A stretch of 64,000 nucleotides of DNA, taken from assembly GCA_041649385.1 (NCBI GenBank), contig JBAZNG010000001.1, positions 3,427-67,426 on the forward strand, in the 5' to 3' direction. Both the position numbers and the translations under genes were made by a program. Numbering within the stretch: the first letter of the stretch is position 1; every line of letters starts with the position of its first letter. This document shows positions 34,835-45,069 of this stretch, piece after piece. The DNA is from Candidatus Omnitrophota bacterium. GTDB lineage: Bacteria; Omnitrophota; Gorgyraeia; Gygaellales; Profunditerraquicolaceae. The notes beneath the pieces were generated by a model, which was not told the origin of the DNA, did no database searches, and saw only the letters and a list, made by a program, of their open reading frames with translations.

Positions 34835-35131
34835 TTATTTGCCCCCCGCGCTCTGCGGTTTTTTGATGTAAGCGACGCTGTTTTTCTCGATCTCCATCTT
34901 CACATTCTCATCAATGCGCAAAATAAAAGTCTTATCTTTCACGCCTACGATAGTGCCGTGTATGCCGCCTAAAGTAACCACTTCGTCGTTCTTATCTATA
35001 CCGGCAAGCATCTTCTGGTGCTCTTTTTCTTTAAGTTTTTGCGGGCGGATAAGCATGAAATAAAAAACAATGAATATCAGCGCTATTGGAAAAAGCTGCA
35101 CGATAGGGTTTACCGCTGTTTGCTGTGGCAT
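34835..35131 (-). CDS. yajC: preprotein translocase subunit YajC
   Basis: 98 aa, single TM, YajC signature. Confidence 0.85.
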   Translation of the reverse strand: MPQQTAVNPIVQLFPIALIFIVFYFMLIRPQKLKEKEHQKMLAGIDKNDEVVTLGGIHGTIVGVKDKTFILRIDENVKMEIEKNSVAYIKKPQSAGGK

Positions 35132-35150
35132 TTTATCTCCTTAGTTTAAG

Positions 35151-35390
35151 TTACTTAGAAGCTTTCTTCATCAGGCTCTTTACTGTGTCCGACATCTGCG
35201 CGCCCTTCTTCACCCATTCCTGAATGCTTTCTTTTTTAAGTTCGGATTTGCCGTTAATCGGGTTATAAAAACCCAGTTCATCGATGATCCGCGAGTCGCG
35301 TCCGGACCGCTCATCAAATACAGTGACCCTGAAATGCGCCTTGTTCTTGGGGTTCTTGCCTATCCTTCTTAAACGAATATGTACCGCCAT
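35151..35390 (-). CDS. rpsP: 30S ribosomal protein S16
   Basis: 79 aa MAVHIRLRRIGKNPK... Confidence 0.92.
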   Translation of the reverse strand: MAVHIRLRRIGKNPKNKAHFRVTVFDERSGRDSRIIDELGFYNPINGKSELKKESIQEWVKKGAQMSDTVKSLMKKASK

Positions 35391-35427
35391 TACCAGATCC
35401 TCCTTAAGTAGTGTTCATTTTGAATCG

Positions 35428-36915
35428 TCATTTCCTAATTGCTTCCATTAACGCCTTAGCTTTATTCACTGTTTCCTGATACTCCCTGCTTCCTACGGAA
35501 TCCGCTACGATACCGGCGCCAGCCTGCACGTAAGCAAAACCATCCTTGATGACTATCGTGCGTATAGTGATACAAGTATCCATATTGTGGGAAAAACTGA
35601 AATACCCGACCGCGCCGGCGTACAAAGAACGCCTAAGGCTCTCTAAGGTATCAATGATCTCCATCGCCCTGACCTTGGGCGCGCCTGAAACAGTGCCGGC
35701 AGGAAAAGCGGCTTTTAACACATCATAGATATCAAACCTTTTTTTGTCAAGCACTCCTCTTACTTCACTGACCAGGTGCATTACATGAGAATACCTTTCC
35801 ACGCGCATAAAATCAGTAACGCTGACTTTTCCCGGCAGGCTTACGCGGCCTAAATCATTCCTGCCAAGATCAACCAGCATCAGGTGTTCAGCCTTTTCCT
35901 TTTTATCTTTCAATAGCTCTTTCTCAAGCTGCCTGTCTTTTACCTGGTCCGCTGAACGTGGCCGCGTGCCAGCAATAGGCCGCGTCTGAATGATCCCGTC
36001 CTCGCAGCGCACGAGCATCTCGGGGCTTGAGCCTACGACAGAAAAACCCTTCAGCTTCAAGAAATACATATAGGGGGAAGGATTGGACATCCTTAAAGAA
36101 CGGTAAATATCAAAAGCACCTTTCTTCGCCTTGACTTTGAAACGCTGCGAAAGGACTACCTGAATGATATCGCCTTTTTTTATGTACTCTTTGGCCGTGT
36201 TGACCATTTTTACGAACTCGCCCTTACGCATATTACTTTGTATGGTAAAACCTATTTTTGCGGCTGGCGGCTTGTTTTCCCCGATAGAGCCGTCAAAATC
36301 CTCCTGGATCAGGTCTATCTTCCTTAAAGCCTGACGGTAAAGTTTCTTCTTAACAGCCAGGCTACCTGCCCGCAAGTTTTGCGGCAGGATGACATTACTA
36401 ACTATCTTGATAGTATGCCTGAAATGGTCAAAAACCAGGATTGTATCCGTAAGGATGAACAAGGAATCACTAAGCTTAAGGTCATCCTTGTTCTTGTCCG
36501 GAAGTTTTTCAAAGAAACGCACCGTATCATAACCGATATAACCTACCAGGCCTCCGGAAAACCTCGGCAGGCCGCTGACCTCTACACTTTTAAACGGGCG
36601 CATCAGGTTCTTTATCTCATCCAAGGGATTAGTCGCCGTAACAAACCGCCGGGACTTTTTTTGATGCGCATTGACCACCTCTATATTCCTGCCCTTGCTC
36701 TTAAAAATAAACGAAGGGTTTGCCCCCAAGAAAGAATAGCGCGCGATCTTCTCCTTGCCCTCCACAGATTCAAGCAGAAAAGCGTAATCGCCCTTCTTGA
36801 TCTTTAAGAAAGCGGAAACCGGTGTCTCCAGGTCAGCGTTAATCTCCTTATACACCGGGATCACATTGCCCTGTTTGCTAAGTTTTAAGAATTCTTTGAA
36901 ATCTGGCCTGTACAT
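35428..36915 (-). CDS. chorismate-utilising enzyme, anthranilate/aminodeoxychorismate synthase component I family
   Basis: 495 aa chorismate-binding fold; no partner glutamine amidotransferase gene adjacent. Confidence 0.7.
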   Translation of the reverse strand: MYRPDFKEFLKLSKQGNVIPVYKEINADLETPVSAFLKIKKGDYAFLLESVEGKEKIARYSFLGANPSFIFKSKGRNIEVVNAHQKKSRRFVTATNPLDEIKNLMRPFKSVEVSGLPRFSGGLVGYIGYDTVRFFEKLPDKNKDDLKLSDSLFILTDTILVFDHFRHTIKIVSNVILPQNLRAGSLAVKKKLYRQALRKIDLIQEDFDGSIGENKPPAAKIGFTIQSNMRKGEFVKMVNTAKEYIKKGDIIQVVLSQRFKVKAKKGAFDIYRSLRMSNPSPYMYFLKLKGFSVVGSSPEMLVRCEDGIIQTRPIAGTRPRSADQVKDRQLEKELLKDKKEKAEHLMLVDLGRNDLGRVSLPGKVSVTDFMRVERYSHVMHLVSEVRGVLDKKRFDIYDVLKAAFPAGTVSGAPKVRAMEIIDTLESLRRSLYAGAVGYFSFSHNMDTCITIRTIVIKDGFAYVQAGAGIVADSVGSREYQETVNKAKALMEAIRK

Positions 36916-36930
36916 AAATTATTGTGCGAG

Positions 36931-37000
36931 TATGTAGAATATAGAAGGTAAAATGTAGGAAAAACCAAAACCTACATTCTATATACTACATTCTATCTAC
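36931..37000. repeat. CTAC-rich intergenic repeat, copy 9 (palindromic variant: aatgtagg-N11-cctacatt hairpin)
   Basis: Perfect 8 bp stem flanked by TAGAATGTAGG / CCTACATTCTA arms; between trpE-like and hisI. Confidence 0.8.
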
Positions 37001-37335
37001 TGCCTTTCTATTTTTCTATAAAAACACGACCTCTTGCCGGTATGGCAGGCTGCTCCCACCTGGCGGACTTTAATTAAAAGCGTATCCATATCACAATCAT
37101 AGGCAATCCATTTTACAAACTGGAAATGCCCGCTGGTCAAACCTTTCACCCAATATTCCTTACGCGAGCGCGACCAGAAACATGTCCTGCCTGATTTTAT
37201 CGTGCGCCTCAAAGATTCCTTGTTCATATACCCGAGCATCAATACCGCGTTATCCTTGTAATCCTGGATGATCGCCGGGATCAGGCCGTTTTTGTCAAAT
37301 TTCAGCGAACTTACTTTAAAATTGATCTTTTTCAT
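36997..37335 (-). CDS. hisI: phosphoribosyl-AMP cyclohydrolase
   Basis: 112 aa HisI. Confidence 0.88.
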   Translation of the reverse strand: MKKINFKVSSLKFDKNGLIPAIIQDYKDNAVLMLGYMNKESLRRTIKSGRTCFWSRSRKEYWVKGLTSGHFQFVKWIAYDCDMDTLLIKVRQVGAACHTGKRSCFYRKIERQ

Positions 37336-38087
37336 ATTCTTACCGGTATCCCTTTTTGTTTTAAGAACTCTTTTACTTGTTTGATGGAATATACCTCATA
37401 GTGGAAGAGTGAAGCCGCAAGAGCAGCGTCGGCATTCGCTAAAGCGAAAACATCGTAAAAATCTTCCAGTTTGCCGGCTCCGCCAGAAGCGATCACCGGG
37501 ATATCCACATGCTTAGTTACGGCCTTGGTCAATTCCAGGTCATAACCATCCTTGGTGCCGTCATAATCCATGCTTGTTAAAAGGATCTCGCCAGCGCCAA
37601 GTTTAGCGGCTTTCCTTGCCCACTCCAAAGCGTTGATGCCCGTAGGCGTCCTTCCTCCGTTAATAAAGACCTCCCAGCGGTCTTTTTGCTTCTTGGCGTC
37701 AATGGCCAAGACAATACACTGGCTGCCGAACCTGCCGGATGCGTCAGAGATAAGCTCCGGGCATTTCACAGCCTGCGTATTCAAGGAAACTTTCTCCGCT
37801 CCGGCATTTAAAATATCCCTGATATCAGATAAATCGCCGATACCTCCGCCAACAGTAAAAGGCATAAAGATATTCTTGGCGATCTTCTCCACTAAAGAGA
37901 CAAGTGTTTTACGCTTCTCAAAACTGGCGGTGATATCCAAAAAAACAAGCTCATCGGCCCCCTGTGCGTCATAGGCTTGAGCCACTTCCACGGGGTCGCC
38001 GGCATCACGCAGGCTTAAGAACTTTACGCCCTTAACTACCCTGCCCTCTTTGATATCCAGGCAAGGGATGATCCTTTTACTTAACAT
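37332..38087 (-). CDS. hisF: imidazole glycerol phosphate synthase cyclase subunit
   Basis: 251 aa TIM barrel HisF. Confidence 0.93.
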   Translation of the reverse strand: MLSKRIIPCLDIKEGRVVKGVKFLSLRDAGDPVEVAQAYDAQGADELVFLDITASFEKRKTLVSLVEKIAKNIFMPFTVGGGIGDLSDIRDILNAGAEKVSLNTQAVKCPELISDASGRFGSQCIVLAIDAKKQKDRWEVFINGGRTPTGINALEWARKAAKLGAGEILLTSMDYDGTKDGYDLELTKAVTKHVDIPVIASGGAGKLEDFYDVFALANADAALAASLFHYEVYSIKQVKEFLKQKGIPVRI

Positions 38088-38164
38088 TATTTAATAAAGG
38101 TTTAGATTTCCTGGGTATTCCGCGCCTTTAAGCAAAACTCGCGGGAATACCCAAGAACCTCAAG

Positions 38165-38593
38165 CTACTTTACTTTCTTATTCAGGTAAGCTCTTAAGAA
38201 ACTCCACGTCTTCTTGCCGACTTTGCCGTCAACAGGAAGGTTATTAGCTTTTTGAAAAGCCCTGATCGCTTCGGTGGTTTGCCTGCCTAATTTGCCATCA
38301 ATCTTGCCAGAGTAATAACCGGCATTCCTCAAAGCTACCTGTATTTCTTTTGCCTTAGGCCGCTGTTTGATCTCATTGATATCACTAACTGATTGTTCTT
38401 CTGATACCTTTACCGCTGACGCCCTTAAACTATTCAACTCCTCATCTTTAGCGCTTAATTGTGCTTCTAACGCAGCAACCTGGTTCCTCAAACCCTGGAC
38501 TTCCAGATCACCATTTTTACGCGCGGTCGCGCAACCGCTTAATGAAAGGCCAGCTGCCGTCAATACAACCAACACCATGATCCTTTTAACCAT
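38165..38593 (-). CDS. lipoprotein with coiled-coil and C-terminal peptidoglycan-binding (PG_binding_1) domain, inserted in his operon
   Basis: LSGC lipobox, LRNAGYYSGKIDGKLGRQTTEAIRAFQ motif. Confidence 0.7.
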   Translation of the reverse strand: MVKRIMVLVVLTAAGLSLSGCATARKNGDLEVQGLRNQVAALEAQLSAKDEELNSLRASAVKVSEEQSVSDINEIKQRPKAKEIQVALRNAGYYSGKIDGKLGRQTTEAIRAFQKANNLPVDGKVGKKTWSFLRAYLNKKVK

Positions 38594-38606
38594 TCTCCCT
38601 CCTTTG

Positions 38607-39335
38607 TTAACTACCCACTGTTTTCAATGCTTCCGTTAAAGTAAACTTATTCTCATACAATGCCTTGCCTACGATGACTCCCGCTACGCCCTCTCCGGAC
38701 AAAGAACTTAAATCTTCTAGATCCTTCAAAGAAGATACTCCTCCTGAAGCGATCACCTTTAAACCGCTTTCCTTAACTAACTTTTTTATTCCCTCTAAAT
38801 TCGGGCCGCACAACATACCGTCTTTTGCAATATCCGTGTAAATCACCTGGCTAAACCCCAGGAGTTTAAGTTCCCTGGCAAAACTAAAAACTTCTATTTC
38901 CTGGCCAGCGCTCTGCCAGCCATCCACCTTCACAAAACCATCTTTAGCATCAATGCTGACGATGACTTTATCTTTAAACTGATTAGCCGCTTCTTTCAAA
39001 AAACCTCTGTCCACAGCTGCCCTTGTACCCAGGACTACTCTGCTCACCCCTGAAGATACAAGCTGGCGGATAGTTTCCATTGTTCTGACCCCTCCTCCGA
39101 ATTCCAGGGGGATCTTTACTTTATTGATGATGCTTTTTAAAGCGCTTAGATTTTTGACAACCCCTTCTTTTGCCCCATCAAGGTCTACGATATGCAGAAA
39201 CTCCGCGCCTTGCGCTTCCCAATTACTGGCGACAAGCGCAGGATCATCAGAGTAGACCTTCTGCTCGTCGAATTTACCCTGCGTAAGCCTGACAACCTTT
39301 CCGCCTCTTATATCTATCGCCGGAATAATTAACAT
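38607..39335 (-). CDS. hisA: ProFAR isomerase
   Basis: 242 aa HisA. Confidence 0.92.
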   Translation of the reverse strand: MLIIPAIDIRGGKVVRLTQGKFDEQKVYSDDPALVASNWEAQGAEFLHIVDLDGAKEGVVKNLSALKSIINKVKIPLEFGGGVRTMETIRQLVSSGVSRVVLGTRAAVDRGFLKEAANQFKDKVIVSIDAKDGFVKVDGWQSAGQEIEVFSFARELKLLGFSQVIYTDIAKDGMLCGPNLEGIKKLVKESGLKVIASGGVSSLKDLEDLSSLSGEGVAGVIVGKALYENKFTLTEALKTVGS

Positions 39336-39937
39336 ATTTCCACGAAATTTTTGATCATTTTTAAACCCACGCTTTGGCTTTTTTCCGGATGGAACTGCGC
39401 CCCGTAAACTTTGCCCTGGCAGACAACCGCAGCAAATTCAACGCCGTATTCCGCAGAAGCAACAACCACCTGGCTATCTGCGGGAAGCGGATAATAAGAG
39501 TGGCAGAAATACACCTGGTCATGGTCAACTACTCCTTTAAGCAACGGGCAATCCGCTGATCTTATTTTCAGGTTATTCCAGCCCATATGAGGCACTTTCA
39601 AACCGCCTTTGGCGCAGAATCTCACCACATCCCCTTTTAATATGGATAACCCCGGCTGGACTTCTGCTTCCTTGCTATTTTCAAACAAAAGCTGCATCCC
39701 CAGGCATATGCCTAATAAAGGTTTTTGCTTTGCGCTTTCTTTGATCGCTTCCACCAAACCTTGCTTATGTAATTCACACATCGCGTCGCTAAAAGCCCCT
39801 ACTCCCGGGAGCACGACCTTAGCGCTTTTTTTTATATCCGCGGGTTTATTCGTCACCAGCACTTTACCACCGCAAGCCTGCAGGGCTTTGGCAACGCTGT
39901 GGATATTGCCCATTCCGTAATCAATGACTGCGATCAT
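39329..39937 (-). CDS. hisH: imidazole glycerol phosphate synthase glutaminase subunit
   Basis: 202 aa class I GATase, catalytic Cys/His. Confidence 0.92.
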   Translation of the reverse strand: MIAVIDYGMGNIHSVAKALQACGGKVLVTNKPADIKKSAKVVLPGVGAFSDAMCELHKQGLVEAIKESAKQKPLLGICLGMQLLFENSKEAEVQPGLSILKGDVVRFCAKGGLKVPHMGWNNLKIRSADCPLLKGVVDHDQVYFCHSYYPLPADSQVVVASAEYGVEFAAVVCQGKVYGAQFHPEKSQSVGLKMIKNFVEIC

Positions 39938-39979
39938 AATTCAGTAGTTAATATTTCGTAGGTAGTGGTTAGGTTGCGC

Positions 39980-40588
39980 CTAGTCAATAACTCCCTTTGT
40001 TGAAGGGACGCCTTTACGACGAGGGTCTATCTGCGTTGCCTGATCTAAAGCTATACCCAATCCTTTAAAAACCGGCTCCAAATTAGTATGTAAATCCGGG
40101 GTTAGTTTTGAAATATTAATAACCAAATTCATTCCTAATGTTTTGGCAAAAGATTCAAAAAGGTGGTTAGCATATTCAAAAGAATATTTCTCATCTTTTT
40201 GAGTAACCAGATCGTTTGAAACATCAAATTTAATCCCGTTAAAAAAACCTCTTCCGCTTATATCAACTGTAACAGTAGCAGTTACATCCTCCATAGGTAC
40301 AGACATAGAACCTATCCTATTAATACCGACTTTATCTCCTAATGCCTCCTTAAAAGCTTGTCCTAATACAATCCCTAAATCTTCGTTAGTGTGGTGTATG
40401 TCTACTTTTAGGTCAGCTTCATTAGTAGTTATCTCCAAATCAAAATGCCCCCAGAACGCGAATAATTCCAGCATGTGATCCAAAAATCCTATCCCGCAAT
40501 TTATCTTTGATTCGCCGGTTCCGTCAATATTCAATTTTATCGTTATATCGGTTTCTTTGCTTTTCCGGTTTTTACTCGTTACTCTCAT
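39980..40588 (-). CDS. hisB: imidazoleglycerol-phosphate dehydratase
   Basis: 202 aa IGPD. Confidence 0.92.
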   Translation of the reverse strand: MRVTSKNRKSKETDITIKLNIDGTGESKINCGIGFLDHMLELFAFWGHFDLEITTNEADLKVDIHHTNEDLGIVLGQAFKEALGDKVGINRIGSMSVPMEDVTATVTVDISGRGFFNGIKFDVSNDLVTQKDEKYSFEYANHLFESFAKTLGMNLVINISKLTPDLHTNLEPVFKGLGIALDQATQIDPRRKGVPSTKGVID

Positions 40589-40601
40589 CTTTCTCCTCGC
40601 G

Positions 40602-40649
40602 TTTTCCCTATATTCTATCTACTATCTACTACCTACCCTATGCCTACGA
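40602..40649. repeat. CTAC-rich intergenic repeat, copy 3
   Basis: ttttccctatattctatctactatctactacctaccctatgcctacga between hisD stop and hisB RBS. Confidence 0.85.
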
Positions 40650-41876
40650 TTACACAAATCTCGCCTTCACCGAATCTAAATGTTTTTGCAGCCCCTCGAT
40701 CCCCGCTATCTTCTCCAGCGGCTCACGCATCTTCTCCAGGGCTTTCTTGGAATAACTTATGATATGGCTGCTCTTGACAAAATCAAACACGCTTAAGCCG
40801 CTAAAGAACCTCGCAGTGCCGGACGTAGGCAAAACATGGCTTGGCCCGGCAATATAATCTCCTACGGCTGTCGGGCTATACGGCCCTAAAAAGATAGCGC
40901 CGGCATTCTTAATGCCCTTAAGCAGGCGGTTAGGCGACTGCACTAAGATCTCTAAATGCTCCGGGGCGATCTTATTGCTGATCTCTACAGCCTGGTCCAG
41001 GTTTTTAGTCAATATAATATAGCCGTTCTCGCCATCTAATTGAGATTTTACTTCCCGGGCAAGCGATTTAGAATTAGTGATTAATATAGCCAGGCCCTTG
41101 GAATGTTCTGCCTGGGCGCGCAGGTCCGCAATAATGAATTTAGGGTTACTGAAACGGTTGGCAATAATCACCAGCTCCGTTGGCCCGGCGATCATATCTA
41201 TATCCACAGTGCCGAATACCTGGCGTTTTGCCTCATTTACATAAATATTCCCGGGCCCGACTATTTTGTCAACAGCCGGGATAGTCTTGGTGCCGTAAGC
41301 TAAAGCCGCGATCCCTTGCGCTCCCCCGGCGCGGTAAATTTCGTCTACCTTTAAAAGGTCAGCTACTACAAGTATATGCGGGTTAATGCATCCGGATTTA
41401 TCCGGCGGGCTGATCATCGCTATTTTCTTAACACCCGCTAGCTTTGCCGGCAAAACAGTCATATAAACAGTGGAGACTAACGGCGCCGTACCCGCTGGGA
41501 TATAGACTCCTACTCTGTCTAAAGGAGTGTAGTTCTCGCCCAAAAGCACGCCTTCCGGTGAGCTGATCCTCCAGGATTTGCGCAGCTGCTTACGGTAAAA
41601 TCTGTTGATGTTCTCAATTGCCACTTTCAGGCTGGAAACGAAATTGGCGCTTGTGTTCTGGTATGCGCCGCTTATCTCTATCTGGGAAACTTTAAGCTGC
41701 CTGGGGCTTAGCTTAACAGCGTCAAACTTGCGCGTGTATTTCAATAAAGCGTCATCGCCGAAAAGACGCACGTCTTCAATGATCTTTTTCACCTTGTCTT
41801 CTACGCGTGACTGCCGGTTTGCGCCGCGGCTGTATATCTTTTCCAACTGCTTACTCGTTGCCCTGATTATTTTCAT
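40650..41876 (-). CDS. hisD: histidinol dehydrogenase
   Basis: 408 aa HisD. Confidence 0.93.
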   Translation of the reverse strand: MKIIRATSKQLEKIYSRGANRQSRVEDKVKKIIEDVRLFGDDALLKYTRKFDAVKLSPRQLKVSQIEISGAYQNTSANFVSSLKVAIENINRFYRKQLRKSWRISSPEGVLLGENYTPLDRVGVYIPAGTAPLVSTVYMTVLPAKLAGVKKIAMISPPDKSGCINPHILVVADLLKVDEIYRAGGAQGIAALAYGTKTIPAVDKIVGPGNIYVNEAKRQVFGTVDIDMIAGPTELVIIANRFSNPKFIIADLRAQAEHSKGLAILITNSKSLAREVKSQLDGENGYIILTKNLDQAVEISNKIAPEHLEILVQSPNRLLKGIKNAGAIFLGPYSPTAVGDYIAGPSHVLPTSGTARFFSGLSVFDFVKSSHIISYSKKALEKMREPLEKIAGIEGLQKHLDSVKARFV

Positions 41877-41895
41877 CTCTCTTACTTCCTGTTCT

Positions 41896-44556
41896 TTAGT
41901 TTGTTATCTGGCCTAATTTATTAATTATATCTTTTAGTTGGCTAAAAGCCAAGTCAAAATTATCAGGATTTGTTCCTCCTGCCTGGGCAAAATCTTTCCT
42001 GCCTCCGCCTGAACCTCCAATAAGCGGAGCAACCTGACGGATCAATGCCCCCGCGTCTATGCCTTTAGGCAACAGGTCTTGCGTAACCGCGATAACCAGG
42101 CATGCTTTATTTTTCTCTTCATCCTTTGAACCTAAAGCGATCACACCTTGCTTTAATTCCATCTTTAACTTATCCGCCAGAGTGCGCAAAGCATTCATAT
42201 CCAAACCAACCTCAAGCGAGGAAACCAGATTTATACCATTAACCTTTACCGCTTTTCCGATAATCCTGGGCACCGCGCCCAGCAGGCTGCTGTTTACCTC
42301 TAAGCTGCGTTCTTTCTCCCGCTCTTTCAATTCTTTCAGCTTTTCTTTTTTCCTGGATTCCTCAATAGCTTTCTGCTGTTGGTCCCTGACAAACTGCTCG
42401 GCAAAATTGCCCGTTACGCCTTCAATTCTCCTGATGCCGCTGGCTACGGAACTTTCGCTGATTATTTTTATCATGCCGATCTTGCCAATATCGTCGATAT
42501 GCGTGCCGCCGCATAATTCCTTTGAGATATCCCCAATGGCAACCATACGCACATTCTCACCGTATTTCTCTTCAAAAAAAGCTAATGCCCCCGCTTTTTT
42601 AGCTTCTTTAAGAAGCATTTCTTTGCAATTCACCTTATGTTTTTTAGCGATATAGCTGTTGGCTAATTCCTCAACTCTGGAGATCTCCTCGCTAGACAGC
42701 CTTTTAAAATGCGTAAAGTCAAAACGGAATTTTTCCTCGGAGACCAATGACCCCTGCTGCTGGACATGATTGCCCAGGACCTGGCGTAAAGCTGCCTGCA
42801 ATATGTGCGTGGCAGTATGGTTACGGGCGATATTCAACCTGCGCTCAACATTGATCTGCGCTTTGACCTTATCGCCTTTCTTAAAAGAACCTGAAATTAC
42901 TTTACCGATATGCAGGAAAACATTATCGTTTTTCTGCGTATTTAAAACATCAAAAACATTTGCCCCATTTACCAGTTTGCCGGTATCTCCGACCTGTCCG
43001 CCTGATTCCGCGTAAAATGGCGTCTGCTCTAAAATAATTTCTAAACTTTCGCCTGCCGAACCATGATCTGTTTTTTGTCCGTCCTTCAGGATCGCCAGGA
43101 TCGTTGCCTCTGCGGCATTCTCCTGATAGCCAAGGAATTTTGTCTCATCCAGTTTCAAACCTAATCCTTTGGCATCAAAAACATCACCCTTCATCTTACT
43201 GGATGATTTTGAAAGCTCCTTCTGTTTATCCAACTCACTTTGATAAACCACCTCAAAATTACCACCAACTTTAATAAATCGTATTTTCAATTCATTTTTT
43301 GTTATCTCCAGAGGAATACCGTTAGTATCATACAATCTAAAAGCAACGCTACCTAAGCTTCCAGAAGTAGCTGCACTAGCAACAGTAAAGCCTTCTATTT
43401 TTGGATCATTTTCTAATTCTGCCTTTAATTTCTCAATCTCACTATCGACCAAAACACTACTTAACTTAAGCGTATTAATAAAATTAGTTTCTTCATTGAG
43501 GATAACCTGGGCAATATCCTCCTGCCTTTCCTTTAGCTCCGGATAAGGTTTACGCATCACCTGGGCAAGCTGCCCGACTAACGTATATAAGAATGGCTTA
43601 TTTATGCCTAAACTTCTTAAATGCATTACACTCTTACGGATGATTTTCCTGACAATATATCCACGCCCTTCATTAGACGGAGATATCCCGTCATATATTG
43701 AAAAAACCACCGCGCGTATATGGTCGGCCACAGCATACCCCACTGTCCCGAACGAATCGGAAACAGTTTCGCTATTACGCTTGATTTCTTTGATTATTGG
43801 CTGGAATAATTCCGTTTCAAAGTTGCTTTGTTTGCCCTGCATCACCGCGGCCAACCTCTCCAAACCCATTCCCGTATCAATATTCTTATTGGGCAGCGGC
43901 TCTAAAGTGCCGTCCTCTTTACGGTTAAACTGCGTAAATACAAGGTTCCAAATCTCGGCGAACCTGCCGCAGCTGCATGTCGGATCACATACCGATTCTC
44001 CGCAGCCTACGTTAGCCCCAAAATCATAAAAGATCTCTGAACACGGGCCGCACGGCCCATTAGGCCCCTTGGTTTTTGCTTCTGCCGGCCAGAAATTATC
44101 CTTATCCCCCAGCCTGATGATCTTGCGCTCCGGGAACTTTACAATATTCTTCCAGATATCATAAGCCTCATCGTCATCCTGGTATACGGAAACCCAGAGC
44201 CTATCCGCGGGGATCTTTAGTTCCCCGGTCAAAAATTCCCAGGCCCAGGATATCGCTTCTTTCTTAAAATAATCCCCGAAAGAAAAGTTCCCCAGCATCT
44301 CAAAGAAAGTGTGGTGCACGCTGGTCTTACCGACTTTTTCTAAGTCATCCGTGCGCAGGCACCGCTGGCTTGTTGCGGCGCGCTTAAACCCGGAATCAAA
44401 ACCAAGGAACTCGCGCTTAAACTGGTTCATCCCCGCGGGGGTAAACAGCACGGTAGGATCATCCTTAGGCACCAGGGAATCGCTCTCTACTATTTTGTGT
44501 TTTTTGGCTTTAAAAAAGGCGAGAAATTTATCTCTTAAAATATCCGCGGTCATCAT
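41896..44556 (-). CDS. alaS: alanine--tRNA ligase
   Basis: 886 aa class II aaRS, editing domain, DHHA1 C-terminus. Confidence 0.95.
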   Translation of the reverse strand: MMTADILRDKFLAFFKAKKHKIVESDSLVPKDDPTVLFTPAGMNQFKREFLGFDSGFKRAATSQRCLRTDDLEKVGKTSVHHTFFEMLGNFSFGDYFKKEAISWAWEFLTGELKIPADRLWVSVYQDDDEAYDIWKNIVKFPERKIIRLGDKDNFWPAEAKTKGPNGPCGPCSEIFYDFGANVGCGESVCDPTCSCGRFAEIWNLVFTQFNRKEDGTLEPLPNKNIDTGMGLERLAAVMQGKQSNFETELFQPIIKEIKRNSETVSDSFGTVGYAVADHIRAVVFSIYDGISPSNEGRGYIVRKIIRKSVMHLRSLGINKPFLYTLVGQLAQVMRKPYPELKERQEDIAQVILNEETNFINTLKLSSVLVDSEIEKLKAELENDPKIEGFTVASAATSGSLGSVAFRLYDTNGIPLEITKNELKIRFIKVGGNFEVVYQSELDKQKELSKSSSKMKGDVFDAKGLGLKLDETKFLGYQENAAEATILAILKDGQKTDHGSAGESLEIILEQTPFYAESGGQVGDTGKLVNGANVFDVLNTQKNDNVFLHIGKVISGSFKKGDKVKAQINVERRLNIARNHTATHILQAALRQVLGNHVQQQGSLVSEEKFRFDFTHFKRLSSEEISRVEELANSYIAKKHKVNCKEMLLKEAKKAGALAFFEEKYGENVRMVAIGDISKELCGGTHIDDIGKIGMIKIISESSVASGIRRIEGVTGNFAEQFVRDQQQKAIEESRKKEKLKELKEREKERSLEVNSSLLGAVPRIIGKAVKVNGINLVSSLEVGLDMNALRTLADKLKMELKQGVIALGSKDEEKNKACLVIAVTQDLLPKGIDAGALIRQVAPLIGGSGGGRKDFAQAGGTNPDNFDLAFSQLKDIINKLGQITN

Positions 44557-45069
44557 CTATCTTTCATTCGGCAGTTTTCTTACTGCATCGCTAACCAGGT
44601 CCGGGGAAAATCCTCTGCGTATTAAATACGCGTATATCCTCTGCTTTGCCCTAAACGCCTCTATCCCCTTTGACTTGGCGAATCTTTGTTCGGCCAACTG
44701 CTTTACTACAAGAGCCTCATGGTAATCCTCTTTTGCCCAGCTAACGGCATTCTCAATGACCTCTTTACCTATGCCTTTCTGGATTAATTCCTGTTTTATC
44801 CTTCTTAAACCAAATGGCCGTTTAAGCCGGCTGGACACCCAGCCCCTGGCAAAAACGCGGTCATCAATAAACTCTTTGTCTTTTAAGAATTTTACTGTTT
44901 CGCAGGATACTCCTTCCGAAAAACCTTTCTGCTTTAATCTTTGCTCAAGCTCCTTTGCGCTGCGCAGGCGGAACTTAAGCAGCAGAAAAGCGTATTCCCT
45001 GGCTTTTTCCGGAGTATCGCTATTTGCTCTATTCTGCGAGGCTGAACTTCTTACGCGATTCCTTCTCAA
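44557..45069 (-). CDS. recX: recombination regulator RecX
   Basis: 170 aa RecX helical repeats; conserved recA-recX-alaS order. Confidence 0.85.
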   Translation of the reverse strand: MRRNRVRSSASQNRANSDTPEKAREYAFLLLKFRLRSAKELEQRLKQKGFSEGVSCETVKFLKDKEFIDDRVFARGWVSSRLKRPFGLRRIKQELIQKGIGKEVIENAVSWAKEDYHEALVVKQLAEQRFAKSKGIEAFRAKQRIYAYLIRRGFSPDLVSDAVRKLPNER

